IMG/VR virus record: IMGVR_UViG_3300012286_000299
Location: 109,277-173,276 of that record
Length of the DNA: 64,000 bases
Reading direction: 5' to 3' (one strand)
Source: a virus
Lineage: Duplodnaviria > Heunggongvirae > Uroviricota > Caudoviricetes
This document shows, piece by piece, positions 57,869-64,000 of the stretch. Below the pieces are notes generated by a model that did not search any database, had not been told where the DNA came from, and saw only the letters and a program-made list of their open reading frames with translations. The position numbers and the translations under genes are program-made. The stretch's first letter is position 1, and every line of letters starts with the position of its first letter.

Positions 57869-57897
57869 ATTAACTTCGTATATTAAGGCATAATTAA
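57869..57897 (+). promoter_or_regulatory. extended promoter module GAGGTATAAATTAACTTCGTATATTAAGG
   Basis: Nearly identical 29-40-mer recurs at ~55664, 58223, 58582, 59808, 60679, 61137 and 62690. Confidence 0.5.
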
Positions 57898-57913
57898 TTA
57901 AAACATTAATATA

Positions 57914-58222
57914 ATGGATTACGGAAAAAAGTATTTCACTAACAACAATAAATTTGGTGTTGGTAGAGTTGAGACAATGAGGTTAGTTAATCAACCTGAA
58001 ATTTTGAATTTCATAACTCACAATCCTGGAAGAACAGAACTACAAATTATGGAGCAGTTGTATAATTACCCTAATTATGTAGGTATATTTCAGGAAAGTA
58101 ATAAAAAGTATGCTGACCGATTAAGAGCATTACTTCATAGTGGGAAAATATCCCGAGTTAAAGCTAGAACCATAGATGGGCCTCGTTTTATATATTTCTC
58201 AATATATGAGAAAAAGGCATAG
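57914..58222 (+). CDS. hypothetical protein
   Basis: ORF. Confidence 0.45.
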   Translation: MDYGKKYFTNNNKFGVGRVETMRLVNQPEILNFITHNPGRTELQIMEQLYNYPNYVGIFQESNKKYADRLRALLHSGKISRVKARTIDGPRFIYFSIYEKKA

Positions 58223-58274
58223 TAAGGTATAAATTAACTTCGTATATTAAGGCATAATTAAAATATTAAATGTT

Positions 58275-58571
58275 ATGAGTAAGTATGTAGAATTAATGAA
58301 TAACCCACCTAAATTAACTATTAAGGAGGGTGCTCGAGAAGTAGTGTTTAAAACCATAGCAAGTATGTGTGATAATGTTCACTACATTACATTCAAGAAA
58401 AATAATGAAGGTGACTTCAAAATGAGCGGTAATGGGTTTTCACTCTCAAACTGGGGAATGAAACATACACCTCAAGAGATTGAGTGGGAAGCAGATGAAA
58501 ACCTATGGGGAGGGGTTATTGCAATGGTTAATTCAGGTTATGAAGTTATTGAATCTGTAGTAAGTAGATAA
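58275..58571 (+). CDS. hypothetical protein
   Basis: ORF. Confidence 0.45.
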   Translation: MSKYVELMNNPPKLTIKEGAREVVFKTIASMCDNVHYITFKKNNEGDFKMSGNGFSLSNWGMKHTPQEIEWEADENLWGGVIAMVNSGYEVIESVVSR

Positions 58572-58637
58572 TAAGGCATTTTGAGGTATAAATTAACTTC
58601 GTATATTAAAGTATAATTAAAATAAATAATTAAGGTT

Positions 58638-58952
58638 ATGACAAAAACACAAACAGTAGACTTATTAAAAAGTCAATTGCCAGGATTTTATTCCGCAGAA
58701 CAAGTAATCAATCTAATTGAGAAGATGGAGGACACTCCAAAAATTACTCAGGAACACATTAAAGAAATTGCAAGAAGTATCATGAATGATATTGAAAGCG
58801 AGGCACAAAGAGGTCACATTGTCAGTAATGACGAGGTTGAATTTGACTTAAGACACAGAGAAATTGAAGTGACTGACGTTCCAATTAACTTTGATACCAT
58901 CAGAGAGTGTATTGAAGAAGGTCTATCAAATGCCTTTGAAGAAGAAGAATAA
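58638..58952 (+). CDS. acidic hypothetical protein
   Basis: ORF. Confidence 0.45.
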   Translation: MTKTQTVDLLKSQLPGFYSAEQVINLIEKMEDTPKITQEHIKEIARSIMNDIESEAQRGHIVSNDEVEFDLRHREIEVTDVPINFDTIRECIEEGLSNAFEEEE

Positions 58953-59037
58953 ATCAAGGTAGTTGAGGGACAAAAATAAATTCGTATATTTAAAACATAT
59001 TAATAATAAAAAAGTTTAATTTTAAAATTTAAAGGTT

Positions 59038-59499
59038 ATGAACAGAATTGAAATCATTGCAGAAGTAAAAAAATTAGGTTTAACAACAGAAAAACCTGCG
59101 CACCAATGTAAAACTGATTACTTACAACAAGTATTAGATGCACACTATGCAACTAGTGTTGAAGTAAAACAGAAAGGTAGACCTGTGAATGAAAACAGTG
59201 AACGCCAAAAACGACTTGCTGAATTAGAAGCAAAACGTGAAGCAGGTGAACTACGTAAAGGTAGACCAGTAGTGGAAGGTAGTGCTCGTCAAGTGAGATT
59301 ATCACTTAAAGGTACATTGCCATTAGGTAGAAAACCAAATCCTGAAAGCGCTGCTTACAAACGTAAAATGGAATTGGAAGCAAAACGTGCTGCGGGTGAA
59401 CTAAAAAGAGGTAGACCAGCACAAGTAAAAGAAGCAGCTGAACCAGTAGCAGCTCAAGTAGAAGCGCCTGCAGCAGCAGAGCCACAAACTGAAGTATAA
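59038..59499 (+). CDS. AT-hook-like DNA-binding protein with internal repeats
   Basis: Four GRP-containing motifs (KGRPV, KGRPVV, GRKPN, RGRPAQ) and repeated ELEAKRxAGEL units; GC-richer codon usage than the neighbours. Confidence 0.55.
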   Translation: MNRIEIIAEVKKLGLTTEKPAHQCKTDYLQQVLDAHYATSVEVKQKGRPVNENSERQKRLAELEAKREAGELRKGRPVVEGSARQVRLSLKGTLPLGRKPNPESAAYKRKMELEAKRAAGELKRGRPAQVKEAAEPVAAQVEAPAAAEPQTEV

Positions 59500-59568
59500 G
59501 AATTAATTACAGAAAAGGGACATGACGATTAGTTATGTCCCTTACTTTAACCCTTAATCAGTATATAT

Positions 59569-59805
59569 TTGAAAAGACATACAGTAATTAGCAAAAAATA
59601 TGTTGAAACCTACAAAAATTACCCTAAAGCAAAACCCAAACCACAATATATAATTGGGTGTGTTTATTATGGAAGAAACCGCTCAAATCATTTAAAATTA
59701 GGCATACTAACCTTATTTGGTGATAGGGTATCAACTTTAAAAACTAAAGATGGTAAATTGGTTAAAGTTAAAAATAACACTCTAAAAAGCGCTCAAACAG
59801 GGTAG
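59569..59805 (+). CDS. small basic protein
   Basis: ORF; duplicated exactly at 60440-60676. Confidence 0.45.
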   Translation: MKRHTVISKKYVETYKNYPKAKPKPQYIIGCVYYGRNRSNHLKLGILTLFGDRVSTLKTKDGKLVKVKNNTLKSAQTG

Positions 59806-60055
59806 TTTGAGGTATAATTTAACTTCGTATATTAAAGTATAATTAATAAATACATTATTATGGTAAAAGTAGTTAAATCAGGCATCACATATTATGAGGT
59901 AAATTTAGGTAGTATATCTCTAATTGCATTTGAACCACAGGAATTAGTTATTAGCAACAGAAAAACCTGCGCACCAATGTAAAACTGATTACTTACAACA
60001 AGTATTAGATGCACACTATGCAACTAGTGTTGAAGTAAAACAGAAAGGTAGACCT

Positions 60056-60370
60056 GTGAATGAAAACAGTGAACGCCAAAAACGACTTGCTGAATTAGAA
60101 GCAAAACGTGAAGCAGGTGAACTACGTAAAGGTAGACCAGTAGTGGAAGGTAGTGCTCGTCAAGTGAGATTATCACTTAAAGGTACATTGCCATTAGGTA
60201 GAAAACCAAATCCTGAAAGCGCTGCTTACAAACGTAAAATGGAATTGGAAGCAAAACGTGCTGCGGGTGAACTAAAAAGAGGTAGACCAGCACAAGTAAA
60301 AGAAGCAGCTGAACCAGTAGCAGCTCAAGTAGAAGCGCCTGCAGCAGCAGAGCCACAAACTGAAGTATAA
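60056..60370 (+). pseudogene. 5'-truncated duplicate of the AT-hook gene (C-terminal 104 codons)
   Basis: Lies in the second repeat unit; lacks the N-terminal 49 codons and the upstream promoter box. Confidence 0.4.
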
Positions 60371-60439
60371 GAATTAATTACAGAAAAGGGACATGACGAT
60401 TAGTTATGTCCCTTACTTTAACCCTTAATCAGTATATAT

Positions 60440-60676
60440 TTGAAAAGACATACAGTAATTAGCAAAAAATATGTTGAAACCTACAAAAATTACCCTAAAG
60501 CAAAACCCAAACCACAATATATAATTGGGTGTGTTTATTATGGAAGAAACCGCTCAAATCATTTAAAATTAGGCATACTAACCTTATTTGGTGATAGGGT
60601 ATCAACTTTAAAAACTAAAGATGGTAAATTGGTTAAAGTTAAAAATAACACTCTAAAAAGCGCTCAAACAGGGTAG
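60440..60676 (+). CDS. duplicate copy of 59569-59805
   Basis: Identical sequence in the second repeat unit. Confidence 0.45.
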   Translation: MKRHTVISKKYVETYKNYPKAKPKPQYIIGCVYYGRNRSNHLKLGILTLFGDRVSTLKTKDGKLVKVKNNTLKSAQTG

Positions 60677-60864
60677 TTTGAGGTATAATTTAACTTCGTA
60701 TATTAAAGTATAATTAATAAATACATTATTATGGTAAAAGTAGTTAAATCAGGCATCACATATTATGAGGTAAATTTAGGTAGTATATCTCTAATTGCAT
60801 TTGAACCACAGGAATTAGTTATTAGAATGGTAAACATGAATATATCACTAAACTAATAAAGGTT

Positions 60865-61128
60865 ATGACGGAAAAATCAACTCAACAAGCGGCAAACGTT
60901 GCCAAAATAGGATTAATTATTTTATGGGCGGCATTCATGTATTCCCTAACATCATGTGGTTCACAATGTTCAAGAACAAAACGTTATTGGAGAAACCATA
61001 GATGTGTCGAGGTGAAAACCCAAAAATCAATCAACAGGGCAAGAAGATCATTGGATAGAAGAATACAATCAGCACAACAACAGTATGCTATTGTCAACAA
61101 TGAAATCATAATGTTTGAAAATTATTAG
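60865..61128 (+). CDS. small membrane-anchored protein
   Basis: AAAGGTTATG context. Confidence 0.4.
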   Translation: MTEKSTQQAANVAKIGLIILWAAFMYSLTSCGSQCSRTKRYWRNHRCVEVKTQKSINRARRSLDRRIQSAQQQYAIVNNEIIMFENY

Positions 61129-61192
61129 TGGTCGTTTGAGGTATAAATTTACTTCGTATATTTAAGCATATTAATAATTAAAATATAATGTT

Positions 61193-61375
61193 ATGAAATT
61201 TAATGGTTTTGAAAAGTACTTAATTATACAAGGGTTAAATATAGTTAAGGAACAAGCTAAAACTGAAATACGTGAAGCTATAGCCAAAGGTGAAATGCCT
61301 ATTATGACGGAAGATTTCATTGATATAACTGTGAAAGAAGCCCTAGACAAATTAAATAAATTAACTGTAGAATAA
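61193..61375 (+). CDS. small hypothetical protein
   Basis: Promoter box at 61153. Confidence 0.4.
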   Translation: MKFNGFEKYLIIQGLNIVKEQAKTEIREAIAKGEMPIMTEDFIDITVKEALDKLNKLTVE

Positions 61376-61377
61376 TT

Positions 61378-61563
61378 ATGGTAGCTAAAGTAAGAGAATA
61401 CTTCAGACAAAACTATGGACACGTGTACTTTGATGACATTAGTGATTCATTTATTGAAGAATACATGTCACGTTCCTACGTAGTCTCATTATCATTTGAA
61501 ATGCAAATGGACTGTTTGTATGATGCAGTCATGTCACAATCAATGGTTGATTATGACGAATAA
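61378..61563 (+). CDS. small hypothetical protein
   Basis: TAATTATG coupling. Confidence 0.4.
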   Translation: MVAKVREYFRQNYGHVYFDDISDSFIEEYMSRSYVVSLSFEMQMDCLYDAVMSQSMVDYDE

Positions 61564-61634
61564 AAAATTAATTATGGTATGTGAGGGTTAAATATAACCT
61601 CGTATATTTAAGTATAATTAATAAATAAAACATC

Positions 61635-61901
61635 ATGACAAAAGAGGAATTTATAGCAGGAACACCGTTCTATGTAGGTAAAAAAAGATACAGAGGTGAA
61701 TCAACACACTATTATGACCCAAAAATAGGTTGTATTTGTAAACAAAATAGATCTTCGGCCGATGAAAGAATTGTACTTGAAGATTATGCTTGCAATATTA
61801 AAAAAGTAGGTAGATTAGGGTTCGAAGGGTTCACTCATGTAATGAATAAACAAGTGAATGTTAAATATAAATTTGAGCATTTGAGTGTATTTGAGGGTTA
61901 A
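61635..61901 (+). CDS. small hypothetical protein
   Basis: Promoter variant at 61599. Confidence 0.45.
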   Translation: MTKEEFIAGTPFYVGKKRYRGESTHYYDPKIGCICKQNRSSADERIVLEDYACNIKKVGRLGFEGFTHVMNKQVNVKYKFEHLSVFEG

Positions 61902-61950
61902 GATTAGCTTCGTATATTAAGGTATAATTAATAATAAAAACATAAAGGTT

Positions 61951-62316
61951 ATGAAAAAAGTTGTAAAAAAAGCATCACAGGTTAAGGTATCTATTACCCA
62001 CAAAACATTAATGGTGAATTTCGAGTTCCCAATTGTAGTAGGACAAGTTAAGATAATTGCTATTGGTCTAGCTCATGTTTATAAGGGTGATGAATCAGGA
62101 CAAATTGAAGCAGATATCGATTTTATGGATTATGGGGAAACAACCTATATGGACATGCCTGTTGAGGGGTATGAGGGTGTGAAAAAGTTAAAGGAAATGC
62201 ACAAAGGATTTGGTATTGACTTAGGTACCCTAATTGATAATGAATTCAATAAGGTTGTAACAGAGGAATTCAAAACCGAATTCCTAAAACAATTCGACGT
62301 TAGAATGTTTGAATAA
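61951..62316 (+). CDS. hypothetical protein
   Basis: Promoter box at 61919; terminator hairpin downstream. Confidence 0.45.
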   Translation: MKKVVKKASQVKVSITHKTLMVNFEFPIVVGQVKIIAIGLAHVYKGDESGQIEADIDFMDYGETTYMDMPVEGYEGVKKLKEMHKGFGIDLGTLIDNEFNKVVTEEFKTEFLKQFDVRMFE

Positions 62317-62324
62317 TAAAAATA

Positions 62325-62366
62325 AGCCCCGGAATGGGGCTTATAAATTTTACTTCGTATATTTAA
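62325..62366 (+). promoter_or_regulatory. terminator hairpin (agcccc-ggaat-ggggct) fused to promoter box TTCGTATATTTAA
   Basis: Terminator-promoter module. Confidence 0.5.
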
Positions 62367-62387
62367 GTATAATTAAAAATTAAGGTT

Positions 62388-62705
62388 ATGTTAAATACAA
62401 CTTATTTAGGAAGAGAAATCACTAGACGTGATAATGTTAAAGTAGAAGGTACATTCCAATCATTTTATGAGGCATCAAAACGTTTGATGGGGATGGGTTA
62501 TATAATGGGAAGCATGTGTGGAGATGAACCAATAGGGTTTGCCGATGCAGACAAATACGAGTATATTGCCAAATGGAGAAACATTGACCCGAGCGATAGA
62601 GTAAAAGTGGACGGGGTAATGATCAGTAGTGACTGGAGAGAGGGTAGTGTTGAAATAATATGGTTTAAAGAGCCATTAAATAAGGCAGTAGCGGGTATAA
62701 ATTAA
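62388..62705 (+). CDS. hypothetical protein
   Basis: ORF. Confidence 0.45.
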   Translation: MLNTTYLGREITRRDNVKVEGTFQSFYEASKRLMGMGYIMGSMCGDEPIGFADADKYEYIAKWRNIDPSDRVKVDGVMISSDWREGSVEIIWFKEPLNKAVAGIN

Positions 62706-62742
62706 CTTCGTATATTGAGGTATAATTAAAAAAGTAAACGTT

Positions 62743-63087
62743 ATGGTAAAAGAAATTACTGCAATAGATAAACTGATTGCTATTGAGGAAATGCTTGTTA
62801 AAATGAGGTATGACACTACAGGAATGAGTGTGAGCCAAGCACTGGAAATAATGAAGGCAACGGTAAAGGCTATTGATAAAGCAAAATTACCCTCAAACAC
62901 GATTTACCCTATGACACGAGACGATTTATACAAAATAATGGATTCAGAAAACTATACGGTGGACGAGATCAAAGATTCAGTGTATATGGGGAACAGAATA
63001 ACCACTATATTGGAGAATGAGGACGTGGAGATAGATGACGAACAGGTAAAGGTGTTGGTGGTAGAGTACCAAAATGCTAGAGCATAG
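62743..63087 (+). CDS. hypothetical protein
   Basis: ORF. Confidence 0.45.
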   Translation: MVKEITAIDKLIAIEEMLVKMRYDTTGMSVSQALEIMKATVKAIDKAKLPSNTIYPMTRDDLYKIMDSENYTVDEIKDSVYMGNRITTILENEDVEIDDEQVKVLVVEYQNARA

Positions 63088-63231
63088 TAATGTTAAACCA
63101 TTCCAATATCTAAAGATATCGTAATGTGGAAACTTATTCCTAGTATATTGGGGTAACGGACAAATGTTCCGGCGGTAACGCTTAATAGTATAGTTGTATG
63201 TGGAAATTGGGTTAAATTGGGGTGGATAATA

Positions 63232-63257
63232 GGGCAGGGTCTCCGCTCCCCTGCCCC
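63232..63257 (+). other. GC-rich hairpin gggcaggg-tctccgctc-ccctgccc inside a 280-bp non-coding gap
   Basis: 8-bp G/C stem in an otherwise AT-rich genome; no ORF from 63090 to 63370. Confidence 0.4.
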
Positions 63258-63370
63258 GTTATGGAATAACTTTCCTCCCTACCTCCCTTGTATATACAAT
63301 TTTTAATGGAACTAGGTGGAACAAATCAACTTCGTATATTATAGTATATTAATAATTAAACAACTATATT

Positions 63371-63553
63371 ATGATAAAGTTTGAGGTTTACCCAAGTGTT
63401 AGATTACAAGCACACCAATTGTTAATCAATTCGAACCGTTTGAAAAGTGTATTTTATAATACTGGAAATACTTTCCTAATTGACCCCGTTGATTTACCTC
63501 GTTGTAAGGAAATACTTACCAAACGAATGATTAAATTAAAGGTAGTTAATTAA
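63371..63553 (+). CDS. small hypothetical protein
   Basis: Promoter box at 63331. Confidence 0.4.
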   Translation: MIKFEVYPSVRLQAHQLLINSNRLKSVFYNTGNTFLIDPVDLPRCKEILTKRMIKLKVVN

Positions 63554-63618
63554 GGTAATAGGGGAATAAAAATCCCTTCGTATATTATAGTATAATAAAA
63601 AATATAAAATTAAAGGTT

Positions 63619-63855
63619 ATGAAAGCTAAAGTACAAATTAAATCAGTGTTCGAACAAATTGCAGGTAAAGTATTTACCATGACCAATGTTACCCAAGCCA
63701 AAGAGTATATCACTGAATTTATTACCAGTAAAGGTATTGATGGTACCGACAAACAAACCATCGTTAATAACGTTAATAAATGTACCTCAATTGCACAACT
63801 ACAACGTTACGTGTGTAATTCATTATTAATGTATGAGGGTATGGGTATCAGTTAA
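63619..63855 (+). CDS. small hypothetical protein
   Basis: Promoter box at 63577. Confidence 0.45.
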   Translation: MKAKVQIKSVFEQIAGKVFTMTNVTQAKEYITEFITSKGIDGTDKQTIVNNVNKCTSIAQLQRYVCNSLLMYEGMGIS

Positions 63856-63885
63856 TACCCCGCTATTACCCACATTCCCACCGCA

Positions 63886-63930
63886 GGGACCCAGGCTTTA
63901 CAGCCCCGGGTCCCTTCTTTGTTTTTCTTT
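63886..63930 (+). terminator. rho-independent terminator (gggaccc...gggtccc + TTCTTTGTTTTTCTTT)
   Basis: 7-bp G/C stem plus a long T-rich tract after the last gene. Confidence 0.55.
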
Positions 63931-64000
63931 CCCTTTTCGTCCGAATTCGGTCCGCATGCGGATCGGCACGGGTTGCCCACGCGGCGTTGCTGTCCATAAA

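Larger units (their letters stand above)
59084..60825 (+). repeat. perfect tandem direct duplication, 2 x 871 bp (59084-59954 and 59955-60825)
   Basis: Every base from 59084-59954 recurs at +871; flanking bases differ on both sides. Confidence 0.85.

Noticed and set aside
59084-60825. CRISPR array?
   Set aside because: This is only a two-copy 871-bp tandem duplication of coding sequence with no short repeat-spacer periodicity; no cas genes apart from a Cas4-like nuclease domain typical of phage exonucleases.

Overview
The window is AT-rich (about 30% GC) and every supported gene lies on the + strand with tight, often overlapping (ATGA/TAATG) junctions. Together with the gene content this points to the replication, nucleotide-metabolism and early-gene region of a large tailed phage; no capsid, tail or terminase genes are visible here. 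All calls are from sequence motifs read by eye; no database search was possible.

Recognisable genes:
- A PARP-type ADP-ribosyltransferase (helical regulatory domain plus ART domain).
- A thymidylate-synthase-family gene carrying two large insertions.
- A 7-deazapurine precursor module: queD, queE, folE, an XGPRT-like purine phosphoribosyltransferase and a MazG-like pyrophosphohydrolase.
- A replication block: a family-B DNA polymerase split into two ORFs by a 264-bp intervening gene, a putative sliding clamp, the clamp-loader ATPase, an Hsp20/GroES/GroEL chaperone module and a Cas4/RecB-like nuclease.
- A roughly 13-kb glycosylation island: GT4 and GT2 glycosyltransferases, a fused HAD-phosphatase/sugar-nucleotidyltransferase, a methyltransferase and a GDPD-like protein.
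- At least four HNH-type homing-endonuclease-like genes.
- Thioredoxin, two CCA-adding-enzyme-like nucleotidyltransferase paralogs, a GatB/YqeY-domain protein, an ATP-dependent DNA ligase, an SPFH protein and the DenV pyrimidine-dimer glycosylase.
- Two non-canonical tRNA-like elements.
- A long run of small early-type ORFs, each behind a highly conserved TTCGTATATT(T)AA promoter-like box that is often fused to an upstream terminator hairpin.

The most interesting candidate system is the FolE-QueD-QueE-XGPRT-like-MazG-like cluster. It resembles the toyocamycin-type route to a 7-deazaguanine nucleotide rather than the DpdA base-exchange route; no QueC or DpdA is recognisable in the window.

Other oddities: an exact 871-bp tandem duplication; an out-of-frame homing-endonuclease NUMOD relic abutting thyA; and an abrupt GC-rich tail at the 3' end containing EcoRI and SphI sites.
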